A stretch of DNA of 49,872 nt from Euryarchaeota archaeon SCGC AAA252-I15 (GCA_000402775.1 AQSC01000058.1:1-49872); one strand, 5' to 3'; counted from the stretch's first letter, positions 1 to 9,664 are shown. Program-made: numbers and translations. Notes: generated by a model from the sequence alone, not told the origin.

Positions 1-491
1 GATACTGTCGCCCCCGTTACGCCATCCACTAATCCACCATACTTTCTAAGCTTAAGTTGCTCACCCTTTTTCCCCTTAAACTGTCGCATAAACCAGGCTG
101 ACTCCTCACCCACCCGGACCTCCTCAATGCGGGCTCCAAGGCCGGGAGTCTCCTGCTGGTAGAGCACTCTAACACCCTGAACTACACCATCAGGGGAAAC
201 CCCTACAAGCAGTTCAATATTGCTTGAGTAACCGTCAGACTCCACCTTAAAAACGTAACCCCTTGTTTTTCCACCACTCAACCCAACCCAATAAGTTTGG
301 CCTTTCACCGACTTCTCAGAAAAACCGTCAACTCCGGGCAAAACCAGTTCCAAAGAGCTCTTTAACTGTTCATCCTTAATCATTTCTATCCGGGGTTTAG
401 TGGCGAGATAAACGTATCCCAAGACACTTCCACACAGTCCCGCAACAAATGCCAAAACCAGCCCATAGTAAATTAATTTTATTGAATTCAC
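1..491 (-). CDS. rnfG: RnfG electron transport subunit (3' end runs off the window)
   Basis: Hand-translated from GTG at 491, overlapping the rnfD stop: MNSIKLIYYGLVLAFVAGLCGSVLG...QQETPGLGARIEE...DAVTGAT. Has an N-terminal TM helix, the ETPGLG motif and the FMN-attachment TGAT. Not in the ORF track. Confidence 0.92.
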   Translation of the reverse strand, partial: MNSIKLIYYGLVLAFVAGLCGSVLGYVYLATKPRIEMIKDEQLKSSLELVLPGVDGFSEKSVKGQTYWVGLSGGKTRGYVFKVESDGYSSNIELLVGVSPDGVVQGVRVLYQQETPGLGARIEEVRVGEESAWFMRQFKGKKGEQLKLRKYGGLVDGVTGATV

Positions 492-1498
492 GTCCCAAAC
501 CTCCTAGGCCTAGTGTGCCTGTCGATTAATGGAGTGACAGCATTCATAATAAGGATTGCAAACGATACTCCTTCAGGGGCTCCGCCCCAAAAGCGGATTA
601 CCATCGTAATCAGCCCGCAACCCATCGCAAAGACCATTCTACCCTTCTTAGTAGTTGGTGAGGTTACATAATCCGTCGCCATGAAAAAAGCCCCGATAAT
701 GACACCTCCGGCCAGAATGTGAAAAAACGGATTCTCCCCGAAAACCAAACTAAAAACGAAAACAGTACCAATAAAGCCTGCGGGAATGCGCCAGTCAATA
801 ATCCCCTTGAGAATGAGAAATAAACCCCCAACTAGAAGGAGAAACGCTGAAGTCTCGCCGAGGGACCCACCAACAGACCCGTAAAAAAGCCCCTTATAAA
901 TCGAAATCGAGGATGCGGAAAGCTCCCCGAAAATGCTTGAAGTTTTCAGGACACTCAAAGAAGTTGCAGCCGAAACCGCATCAACACCCTTAACAATACT
1001 TAAAGGAGTCGCACCGGTTACAGCATCAGTAACACCCATCCACGCAGGAGACCCGACCTTTAAAACACTCGGCCATGAAGTCATAACCTGCGGCCAACTC
1101 GCCAACAAAAAAGCCCTCCCCACCAAAGCGGGATTGAAAATGTTGGCGCCAAGACCCCCGAAAGCCTGCTTTGCAATGGCAATAGCAATAAACGCCCCAA
1201 CAATTGGAACCCAGTAAGGGGCGTGAGGCGGAAGAACAAGAGCGAGTAATAGTCCCGTGAGAAGCGCGCTCCCATCTTTTAATGAGACTTTCCGCCCCAT
1301 AATCTTATTGCAAGCGTATTCGAAAAAAACCGCCGATCCACAAGAAAGTAAAATAACGTCCAAGGCCTTAAGCCCGAAAAAATATGCTCCGGCAACTGCC
1401 GCCGGGAGAAGAGCGAGAATCACAGTGAACATAATCTTGCTTGTCGTGTTCCCGTCGAAGACGTGAGGTGAAACCCGGACGCTGAATTGTCCGCTCAT
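488..1498 (-). CDS. rnfD: RnfD membrane subunit
   Basis: SPH N-terminus, KQAFGGLGANIFNPALVGRAFL, DAVTGATPL, GSLGETS, FFMATDYVTSP. Confidence 0.96.
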   Translation of the reverse strand: MSGQFSVRVSPHVFDGNTTSKIMFTVILALLPAAVAGAYFFGLKALDVILLSCGSAVFFEYACNKIMGRKVSLKDGSALLTGLLLALVLPPHAPYWVPIVGAFIAIAIAKQAFGGLGANIFNPALVGRAFLLASWPQVMTSWPSVLKVGSPAWMGVTDAVTGATPLSIVKGVDAVSAATSLSVLKTSSIFGELSASSISIYKGLFYGSVGGSLGETSAFLLLVGGLFLILKGIIDWRIPAGFIGTVFVFSLVFGENPFFHILAGGVIIGAFFMATDYVTSPTTKKGRMVFAMGCGLITMVIRFWGGAPEGVSFAILIMNAVTPLIDRHTRPRRFGT

Positions 1499-2802
1499 TT
1501 CCTCCCCGCCTCCATGACCTTGGCTTTACCGTATTTCAATCGTTGCACTAGAAACCGTTTTGCCGGGCAGATGAATCCGCAGGCGCCGCACTCCATACAA
1601 TCCAGAATTCCCCACTCCTTCGCTCGCGAAAATTTTCCGGCTTCGACGAGACTTGCCAGGTAGAATGGGACGAGCGTGTACGGGCAGACTTCCAGGCATT
1701 TTCCGCACCGAATGCACGGGCTTTCCTCCGGGTCTTGGAAAGTCCCTCTTGAAAATACTGTGACTCCGTTGTTGCCTTTTATTATCGACGCCTCATCAGT
1801 CGGCTGGGCTATCCCCATCATGGGGCCGCCTACGAAAAGACGTTCGGGAGTGCCTTTATATCCCCCACAATATGCTATGATATCTTTCATTCGCGTCCCA
1901 ATCTTTACGCGAAGGTTTTTCGGTTCTGTTACTCCAGAGCCTGTGCAAGTAAGAGATCGTTCGATCAAGGGTTTGCCGGAGGCGACTGCTTCGTGGACTG
2001 CTGCGAGTGTGCCAACATTTTCCACTACTACCCCTGAATCGAGGGGTAGCTTTCCTGTGGGAATCTCCCGCCCCGTCAAGACTTTCACCAGGATTTTCTC
2101 AGCCCCCTGCGGATACTTGACGGGCAATGAAACTACTTTTATGAACGGGTCTTCGACTGCTTCAGATAAGGCTTTTATTCCGTCGGGCTTGTTTTCCTCA
2201 ATCCCTACAACTGCTTTTTCAACTCCTAAAGCCTTCATGAGAATTTTCATCCCTGAAAAAATTTTCTCTGATTCTTCGACGAGTAGTCGGTGGTCGCAGG
2301 TTAGATACGGCTCGCATTCAGCACCATTTACTACGAGAGTGTCGATTGATGCATTTTCTGGCGGGCAAAGCTTCACGTGGGTTGGAAACATGGCCCCCCC
2401 CATGCCAACAATCCCGGCCTCACGGACGAGTTCAATTATTTTTTCCTGCGAAAGTTTATCAAAATTCTTTCTCGGTTTAACAGACTTGTGGAGCTTGTCT
2501 TGGCCGTCTGATTGAATGACGATTGCGGGAGACAATAACCCTGACGGGTGTGGTTTTGGTAAAACATCCACCACCACCCCAGAGACTGAAGAGTGTACTG
2601 GCGCAGAAACGAAGGCTTCGCTTTCACCAACTTTCTGGCCGGCGAAGACTTTATCGCCTTTTTCGACTGTTTGCGTGCAGGGTGCGCCAATGTGCTGGCT
2701 TAAGAAGATGTGGACTATTTCGGGAGACGGCATCGATTCAAAGGGTTTGGAACAAGATATCTCCTTTTGATATTTTGGGTGGACTCCACCATAGAATGCC
2801 AT
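1495..2802 (-). CDS. rnfC: RnfC NADH/FMN- and 2x[4Fe-4S]-binding subunit
   Basis: GGVHP start, QHIGAP, AGIVGMGGAMFPTHVKL, NGAECEPYLTCD, YPQGAEK, CIRCGKCLEVCP and CMECGACGFICP. Confidence 0.96.
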   Translation of the reverse strand: MAFYGGVHPKYQKEISCSKPFESMPSPEIVHIFLSQHIGAPCTQTVEKGDKVFAGQKVGESEAFVSAPVHSSVSGVVVDVLPKPHPSGLLSPAIVIQSDGQDKLHKSVKPRKNFDKLSQEKIIELVREAGIVGMGGAMFPTHVKLCPPENASIDTLVVNGAECEPYLTCDHRLLVEESEKIFSGMKILMKALGVEKAVVGIEENKPDGIKALSEAVEDPFIKVVSLPVKYPQGAEKILVKVLTGREIPTGKLPLDSGVVVENVGTLAAVHEAVASGKPLIERSLTCTGSGVTEPKNLRVKIGTRMKDIIAYCGGYKGTPERLFVGGPMMGIAQPTDEASIIKGNNGVTVFSRGTFQDPEESPCIRCGKCLEVCPYTLVPFYLASLVEAGKFSRAKEWGILDCMECGACGFICPAKRFLVQRLKYGKAKVMEAGRK

Positions 2803-2909
2803 AACAACTAAGAATAGTGCTCTAGATTATTTAAGTGTTTTAAATCAATTCCAATTCGAAATATTTAAAGTATATTGACTATTACTTACTTTTAACCGAG
2901 AGGTAGGGT
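2803..2909. promoter_or_regulatory. Divergent promoter region for rnfC and nfnA
   Basis: 107-bp AT-rich gap with TATA-like TTTAA/TTTAAA boxes; GAGGT RBS-like sequence before the ATG at 2910. Confidence 0.6.
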
Positions 2910-3731
2910 ATGTTCAAGGTTTTGGAGGCACGGGATCTGGCTGACGGGATAAAGTTCATCGAAATTCACGCCCCCGAAGTTGCCGGTGCTGCAAACGCAG
3001 GCCAATTTGTTATACTTAGGATTGATGAATTTGGAGAGCGGTTTCCGCTTACGATATACGACTTTGACCGGAAGGCGGGGAGCGTTTCCATGGTTTTTCT
3101 TGAGGTGGGGACTTCGACAAGGAAGTTGGGCAGCCTTAAGGCTGGCGACTCCATCCTGGATTTTCTAGGGCCCTTGGGTCATCCTTTCAATGTGAAAGAG
3201 TATGGGAAAGTCGCCTGCGTTGGCGGGGGGGTCGGAACTCCCGCAATACACTCAATCGCCAAGGAGCTTAAGGCTTCTGGCAATCATGTGACGTCAATCA
3301 TTGGAGCCCGCACCAAAGACCTTCTCATACTCGAAGAGGAGATGAAGGCTGTGTCCGACGAGCTTATTGCCGCCACAGACGACGGAAGCTACGGGGTGAA
3401 AGGCTTTGTTACGACCGTCCTTGGAGGCATGCTTGATGAACTCGACCTTGTTGTTGCTGTGGGTCCGCTTCCCATGATGAAGGCGGTCGCAAATTTAACT
3501 AGGGGGAGAGTAAAGACTATCGTCTCGTTAAATCCCATCATGGTTGACGGGACTGGAATGTGCGGGGGCTGCCGGGTAACCGTCGCAGGCAAGACAAAGT
3601 TCACGTGCGTTGACGGCCCAGACTTCGATGCCCATGAAGTCGATTTCGACGAGCTTATGGAAAGAAATAGAACTTATCTCAGCGAAGAGGAGGAATCCCA
3701 TACCTGCAGGATTGGGTTAGACGATGCCTAA
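2910..3731 (+). CDS. nfnA: NfnA (small subunit of electron-bifurcating transhydrogenase / SudB-like)
   Basis: AGQFVILR, ERFPLTI, GPLGHP, GGGVG, NPIMVDGTGMCGGCRV, CVDGPDFD [2Fe-2S] motifs; coupled to nfnB. Confidence 0.9.
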   Translation: MFKVLEARDLADGIKFIEIHAPEVAGAANAGQFVILRIDEFGERFPLTIYDFDRKAGSVSMVFLEVGTSTRKLGSLKAGDSILDFLGPLGHPFNVKEYGKVACVGGGVGTPAIHSIAKELKASGNHVTSIIGARTKDLLILEEEMKAVSDELIAATDDGSYGVKGFVTTVLGGMLDELDLVVAVGPLPMMKAVANLTRGRVKTIVSLNPIMVDGTGMCGGCRVTVAGKTKFTCVDGPDFDAHEVDFDELMERNRTYLSEEEESHTCRIGLDDA

Positions 3732-5073
3732 AATCCCGATGTCAGAGCAGGATCCTCGCAAGCGCGCGAAAAACTTCAGTGAAGTCGCATTAGGTTACAT
3801 TGAGGGTGAAGCGAGACTTGAAGCCGCCCGCTGCATTAAATGCGGGAAATGCGTGCCGGGATGCCCTGTTGGAATTGACATCCCGAAATTCATTTCAGAG
3901 ATTGTTGAAGGCAATTTTGATGAAGCTTGCGCGACGCTTAAGGCTGACAACTGTCTTCCCGCAGTATGCGGGCGAGTCTGCCCGCAGGAGACTCAATGCG
4001 AGCAGTTGTGCGTGCTAGGGATAAAAGACGAACCTGTAGCAATCGGACGGCTAGAGCGTTTCGCGGCGGGATTTGCCACGGGGGAAGTCAGCAAGACTGA
4101 GCCTAACGGTAAGAAAGTCGCAATAGTAGGCTCCGGCCCGGCGGGACTTACGTGCGCTGGAGAGCTTGCAAGCCGAGGATACTCTGTCACAGTCTTCGAA
4201 GCCTTGCACAAGCCTGGCGGAGTGCTAGTATACGGCATCCCAGAGTTCAGGCTCCCAAAAAAAATCGTCGATGAGGAAGTCGGCTATCTTAAAAAACTCG
4301 GAGTCGAAATCAAAACCAACATGCTCGCAGGAAGGACGATCGCATTGTCGGAGTTGACTGCCCACTTTGACGCCGTCTTTATCGGAGTTGGCGCGGGCCT
4401 TCCGAGTTTCTTGAACATCCCCGGTGAAAACCTTTTGGGCGTATACAGTGCCAATGAATTTCTGATCCGCGTGAACCTTATGAAGGCGTACGATTTCCCA
4501 AAGTATGACACACCCGTAAAAGTCGGGAAGAAAGTAGCGGTCGTGGGTGCCGGAAACGTCGCCATGGACTCGGCGAGATGTGCATTACGCCTCGGCGCCG
4601 AAAAAGTCTGCATCGCATACCGTAGGAGCGAGCAGGAGATGCCGGCGCGGACTGAGGAAGTCGAACACGCGAAAGATGAGGGAATAGAATTTAAGTTGCT
4701 CACCAACCCGATTGAAATACTCGGAAATGAAGAAGGGAATGTCTCGGGGATGAAGTGCATTAAGATGGAGTTGGGCGAGCCTGACGATTCAGGAAGGCGA
4801 AGACCAATACCAATCCCTGGCTCCGAGTTCACAATCGACGTTGACGAAGTCATAGTAGCAATCGGACAGAGCCCCAACCCCCTGCTCCATGCGACAACAC
4901 CGGAGCTTGAAGTCGACTCACGAGGACGGGTCAAAGTAGATGAAAACCTCATGACGAGTATTCCCCGCGTCTTCGCCGGCGGCGACATCGTCTCGGGAGC
5001 GGCGACCGTGATATCAGCCATGGGACAGGGGAAAAATGCGGCGGCAAACATTGACAAACACCTGTGTGGCTGA
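3724..5073 (+). CDS. nfnB: NfnB (large subunit; GltD/SudA family)
   Basis: CVPGCPVGIDIP, CGRVCPQETQCE, two Rossmann motifs (GSGPAG, GAGNVAMD), YGIPEFRLPK, FAGGDIVSGAATVISAMGQGK. Confidence 0.9.
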   Translation: MPKIPMSEQDPRKRAKNFSEVALGYIEGEARLEAARCIKCGKCVPGCPVGIDIPKFISEIVEGNFDEACATLKADNCLPAVCGRVCPQETQCEQLCVLGIKDEPVAIGRLERFAAGFATGEVSKTEPNGKKVAIVGSGPAGLTCAGELASRGYSVTVFEALHKPGGVLVYGIPEFRLPKKIVDEEVGYLKKLGVEIKTNMLAGRTIALSELTAHFDAVFIGVGAGLPSFLNIPGENLLGVYSANEFLIRVNLMKAYDFPKYDTPVKVGKKVAVVGAGNVAMDSARCALRLGAEKVCIAYRRSEQEMPARTEEVEHAKDEGIEFKLLTNPIEILGNEEGNVSGMKCIKMELGEPDDSGRRRPIPIPGSEFTIDVDEVIVAIGQSPNPLLHATTPELEVDSRGRVKVDENLMTSIPRVFAGGDIVSGAATVISAMGQGKNAAANIDKHLCG

Positions 5074-5140
5074 AGTTACTTGCAAAGTCATCGCGGTGTG
5101 AAACACAGATTATTATAAGCTTCAACGTAATTTCTAACTG

Positions 5141-8104
5141 ATGCCCGTACCTACCCGCTTAGCTGAACTAATTGAACGATTCGAACGGAACAAAAAATTT
5201 TATACGAGCCCTGCCTACAATGAAACCCAGCTCCGCGAGGAATTCGTAAACCCATTCTTCGAGGCCCTCGGGTGGGATGTGAGAAACATTGAGGGGCGGG
5301 CTGAAGCCTACAAGGACGTCATCCACGAGGACGCCATCAGGATCGGGCAGACCATCAAGGCCCCGGACTATTCCTTCCGAGTTGGCGGGCAACGCAAGTT
5401 TTTCGTGGAAACAAAAAAGCCGTCAGTCAACATTAAGGCGGATGTGAACCCCGCATACCAGATTCGAAGATATTCGTGGAGTGCGAAACTGCCCTTGGCC
5501 ATATTAACGGATTTCGAGGAATTCGCAGTTTATGACTGCCGGAAAAAACCACTGCCTACCGATAATGCAAGCGTGGGCAGGGTGCTTTACTTAAGCTATG
5601 ATGAATACGAGAAGAGATGGGGTGAGATAGAAAACATATTCTCCAAACAAGCCATCCTCCAAGGATTGTTCGACCAGTACTCCGAATCAACTAAGGCTAA
5701 GAAAGGCACTTCCGAAGTGGACGATGAGTTCCTTAAGGAAATCGAATTGTGGAGGGACGAGCTAGCGAGGAACATCGCATTGAGGAACCCGAAGTACTCG
5801 GTCCGCGAAATCAACTACGCAATCCAAAAGACCGTAGACAGGATAATATTCCTCCGAATATGCGAGGACCGGGGGATAGAGCCTTACGGACAACTCCGAG
5901 AGATATCCAAAAATGAGGGCGTATACAAGCACCTGTTGAAGCTTTTCGAGAAAGCCGACGAGAAATACGATTCCGGCTTATTCTACTTCAAGGAGGAGAA
6001 AGGCAGGACCGCCTTCCCCGACTACGTGTGCCCAAATCTTAAGATTGACGACAAGGTTTTCAAGGACATCATCAAGAACCTGTATTTCCCGGACTGCCCG
6101 TACGAGTTCTCGGTCATCGGGGCGGACATCCTCGGAAACGTCTACGAGCAGTTCCTCGGGAAAGTCATTCGGCTGACTGAAGGCCACAGGGCGAAGGTCG
6201 AGGAGAAGCCGGAAGTCAAAAAGGCGGGCGGAGTCTACTACACGCCAAAATACATAGTAGACTACATCGTCGAAAACACGGTGGGCAAACTCATCGATGG
6301 CAAAACCCCGAAACAGGTTGAGGGCCTGAAAGTCCTCGACCCCGCCTGCGGCTCAGGCTCATTTCTTATTGGAGCCTACCAGAGACTCCTAGACTACCAC
6401 CGCGACTGGTACGTCAGCCGCGGCCCCGCCAAACACAAGGACGTAATCTACCAGGGTGCGGGCGGCTTATGGTTTCTGACCTTGAAGGAGAAGAAGCGGA
6501 TACTGCTCAACAACATCTACGGCGTCGACATCGACGAGCAGGCCGTTGAAGTTGCGAAACTAAACCTGCTCCTAAAAGTTTTGGAGGACGAGCACCGGGA
6601 GCCGCAGAAGAGGCTGGGAGGCAGAGTGCTCCCCGATTTGGACCAGAACATAAAATGCGGGAACAGCCTCATCGGGCCGGACTACTACACCGGACAAACC
6701 AAAATCTACACCGAAGAAGAAACACTCCACATAAACGTTTTCGACTGGAACAAAGAATTCCCCCACAAATTCGACGCAATAATCGGGAACCCACCGTATG
6801 TACGCCAGGAGATGCTGGGTGAATTCAAGCCCTATTTTGAGAGTCATTATGAAGCCTATCATGGGGTGGCGGACTTGTACGTGTATTTCATCGAGAAAGG
6901 TGTCTCGCTTCTCGCCGATGGGGGGATTTACGGTATCATCGTCGCCAACAAGTGGATGCGGGCGAATTATGGGAGGCCTCTTCGGGCGTGGATGAAAAAC
7001 AGGTGTATTGAGGAGATAACCGATTTTGGAGACCTCCCAGTTTTTAAGAAGGCGACGACGTATCCCTGCATCCTCTGCGTCCGGGAAGGGAAGCCGAAGC
7101 GGAATTTCCACACCACAAGGGTAGAGTCTCTCGACTTTCAGAGTCTCTCAGTTTACGTGAAGAAACACCACTACAAAGTCAATCAAGTTTCGCTTGATGA
7201 CGGCGGCTGGAGCCTCGCCGACGAGGCTTCCGAGAAGCTGCTGAAAAAACTCAAAGACAAAGGTGTACCACTCAAAGAATACGTTAACGCAAAAATCTAT
7301 AGAGGAGTACTAACCGGCTTAAACGAGGCTTTCGTCATCAACGAAGAAACCAAGAATAGAATCATCCAAGAAGACCCTAAAAGCGAGGAACTCATCAAAC
7401 CCTTCCTAGTCGGAAAAGACATCAAAAGGTACTTCATTGACGACAAGGGGCGCTACTTGATCCTAATTCCTAAGGGGTGGACTCGGGAGCACGCAGGCGG
7501 AAAGAACCCGTGGAACTGGTTCTCCTCCAACTACTCCGCAGTCGCCAAGCATCTCATACAATTCAAGGAGAAGGCGGAAAAGCGCTACGACAAGGGCGAA
7601 TACTGGTGGGAGCTCAGAACCTGCGACTACTACCAAGAATTCGAGAAACCGAAAATTCTTTGGCCTGGAATCAGTGCAGAAGTAACCTCCTTTGCATTCG
7701 ACAAGGATAGTTTTTACGGTAATGATAACAACCAGTTAATCATCAGTGATGACTTATACCTGCTGGGAATCCTAAATTCCAAATTAACACGACTAATTCT
7801 AACAAGCATATGCGACAGAGTGCAAGGTGGTTTTTACCGACTAAAGATTATTTACGTCCAGCAAATACCAATCCCTGCTATCGATTATTCCAATTCTAAA
7901 GAGAAGGGGACTCATGATTCCTTGGTTTCTTTGGTTTCTCGTATGCTTGATTTTCACAAGCGTTTAAGCAAGGTGAAGACTCCGCAAGAGAAGTCGGTTT
8001 TAGAAAGGCAGATTGAGGCCGCGGACGATGAGATAAATCAGCTGGTGTACAAACTGTATGGGCTTACCGGGGACGAGATTAGGATTGTGGAGGAAGGTAA
8101 TTGA
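5141..8104 (+). CDS. Type IIG-like fused restriction endonuclease / N6-adenine methyltransferase with TaqI-like target-recognition domain (TRD)
   Basis: N-terminal PD-(D/E)xK-type region (PDYSF...VETKK), GVYYTP, LDPACGSGSF, GNPPYVRQE, C-terminal TRD and helical tail. Confidence 0.92.
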   Translation: MPVPTRLAELIERFERNKKFYTSPAYNETQLREEFVNPFFEALGWDVRNIEGRAEAYKDVIHEDAIRIGQTIKAPDYSFRVGGQRKFFVETKKPSVNIKADVNPAYQIRRYSWSAKLPLAILTDFEEFAVYDCRKKPLPTDNASVGRVLYLSYDEYEKRWGEIENIFSKQAILQGLFDQYSESTKAKKGTSEVDDEFLKEIELWRDELARNIALRNPKYSVREINYAIQKTVDRIIFLRICEDRGIEPYGQLREISKNEGVYKHLLKLFEKADEKYDSGLFYFKEEKGRTAFPDYVCPNLKIDDKVFKDIIKNLYFPDCPYEFSVIGADILGNVYEQFLGKVIRLTEGHRAKVEEKPEVKKAGGVYYTPKYIVDYIVENTVGKLIDGKTPKQVEGLKVLDPACGSGSFLIGAYQRLLDYHRDWYVSRGPAKHKDVIYQGAGGLWFLTLKEKKRILLNNIYGVDIDEQAVEVAKLNLLLKVLEDEHREPQKRLGGRVLPDLDQNIKCGNSLIGPDYYTGQTKIYTEEETLHINVFDWNKEFPHKFDAIIGNPPYVRQEMLGEFKPYFESHYEAYHGVADLYVYFIEKGVSLLADGGIYGIIVANKWMRANYGRPLRAWMKNRCIEEITDFGDLPVFKKATTYPCILCVREGKPKRNFHTTRVESLDFQSLSVYVKKHHYKVNQVSLDDGGWSLADEASEKLLKKLKDKGVPLKEYVNAKIYRGVLTGLNEAFVINEETKNRIIQEDPKSEELIKPFLVGKDIKRYFIDDKGRYLILIPKGWTREHAGGKNPWNWFSSNYSAVAKHLIQFKEKAEKRYDKGEYWWELRTCDYYQEFEKPKILWPGISAEVTSFAFDKDSFYGNDNNQLIISDDLYLLGILNSKLTRLILTSICDRVQGGFYRLKIIYVQQIPIPAIDYSNSKEKGTHDSLVSLVSRMLDFHKRLSKVKTPQEKSVLERQIEAADDEINQLVYKLYGLTGDEIRIVEEGN

Positions 8105-8787
8105 ACTTCTCAGACTTCATCAACGGGGATTATACTCAAAGGATTATTGACGCCCATTATTCAGCAGCTTATGAGGTGTTAGGCGGGCACTTAAGCATAG
8201 ATTCTGACGATGAATTCAGAAAACGCTTGGATTCCCACATACCCGCTTCAAGAGCTGGTTTTCTTAATCCAATAACTTTCTACAATAATTTCAAACAGAT
8301 CGTAAAAAAGGACATTAAAATTCAAGCAGTAATTCTTGTCGTTATTTGTTCCACGATAGAGAAACTCATGGAAAATCTTTCTCTAAAGACAAACTCAAGA
8401 GCTACAATAAAAAAATTCTTCGAGGAATATGCAGGCGAGGGTGATAAGGAAAAACTACTTGCCGGATTTGAATTCGTGAAACAGGATACAACAATCCTAA
8501 ATCCAGAAAACATAAACGAAGTCGTTGACATTTTATATGGAATACGAAACGCATTCGTCCATCACGCACAACTACCACAATCGGATTTCAGAGCAAACCA
8601 AAACGACACCCCAATGTTGGGGGCACTATGGATTGAGAAGAATTCGAAGACATTAAAAAAATATGATGGATGCTTTTTACGCATTAAAGTTACAATCTCT
8701 GACTTTGAGAATATTTTCGAAAGAACAGTACTGAGACTATATCGTTTAGTTGGGGATGAGATTAGGAATATGGAGGGTGTGGTTTGA
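8101..8787 (+). CDS. Putative HEPN-domain protein
   Basis: Helical 228-aa ORF overlapping the RM stop; R-x4-H motif (RNAFVH) at 8545-8562. Family assignment rests on the motif only. Confidence 0.6.
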   Translation: MNFSDFINGDYTQRIIDAHYSAAYEVLGGHLSIDSDDEFRKRLDSHIPASRAGFLNPITFYNNFKQIVKKDIKIQAVILVVICSTIEKLMENLSLKTNSRATIKKFFEEYAGEGDKEKLLAGFEFVKQDTTILNPENINEVVDILYGIRNAFVHHAQLPQSDFRANQNDTPMLGALWIEKNSKTLKKYDGCFLRIKVTISDFENIFERTVLRLYRLVGDEIRNMEGVV

Positions 8788-8948
8788 TGGATTGTCCTAG
8801 ATGCGGTGTCGGGCTTGTTGAGAAGAAGAGGGGTAGGCGGAAGGATGGGACTGAGTTTATTGAGTTCAAGTGTCCCAAGTGCAAGGGCAAATTTGCGGAT
8901 TTGAAGATACCGTATTCTACATTTGGTTTTAGGCGGGAGGACGGTTGA
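8787..8948 (+). CDS. Small Zn-ribbon protein (53 aa)
   Basis: Hand-translated: MDCPRCGVGLVEKKRGRRKDGTEFIEFKCPKCKGKFADLKIPYSTFGFRREDG. The ATG overlaps the previous TGA and there are two CPxC pairs. Below the ORF-track cutoff. Confidence 0.7.
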   Translation: MDCPRCGVGLVEKKRGRRKDGTEFIEFKCPKCKGKFADLKIPYSTFGFRREDG

Positions 8949-9077
8949 AGTGACTGCAAAATCTTATTTTACAGGTCATACTGCGGCTCAAGGACACAGT
9001 ATGCTGATTCATTTTTCTGTTGCTCTTGCGCGGTTTTTTAGTGGTTGTGGGGCATTGTTTCTTATGGTGGTGTCGTG

Positions 9078-9608
9078 ATGGATGCTGAGAACTCTTTAGT
9101 GGTGTTTCAGGGTAAAAGCGTGAGGAGATTATGGCATGACAGCCATTGGTATTTCTCTGTCGTAGATGTTGTTGGAGTGTTGACTGACAGTTCTGTGCCG
9201 CGGCGTTACTGGTCTGACCTGAAAACCAAGTTCAAAGAAGAAGGTTTTGAGTTGTACGATAAAATCGTACAACTGAAGTTGCCGTCTGCTGACGGGAAAA
9301 ACTATGAGACAGACTGCGCTAACACTGAAGTGATGTTCAGGATAATCCAGTCCATACCCTCGCCGAAGGCCGAACCCTTTAAGAGATGGCTTGCGAAAGT
9401 CGGCTACGAGAGAGTGCAAGAGATTGAGAACCCTGAATTGACTATGGAGAGGATGAGGGAGATTTATCACGCTAAAGGCTACTCCGAGGACTGGATTGAA
9501 AAACGCGTGAGAGGTATCGCCGTAAGGGATGAACTCACAGGAGAATGGGGTAAAAGAGGGGTTAAACAGGATAAGGAATTCTTAGTTCACTACCACCAGT
9601 CAAATTAA
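9078..9608 (+). pseudogene. Bro-N (phage antirepressor-like) protein, C-terminally truncated
   Basis: VRRLWHDSHWYFSVVDVVGVL, PSPKAEPFKRWLAKVGYERVQEIENPE, KRVRGIAVRDELT; ends abruptly in EFLVHYHQSN. Confidence 0.75.
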
Positions 9609-9664
9609 AATAAAAAAAAGTGGTGTTCGACGGGTTTTTTCCAGCCCGCCGAATCTTGTTTTTT

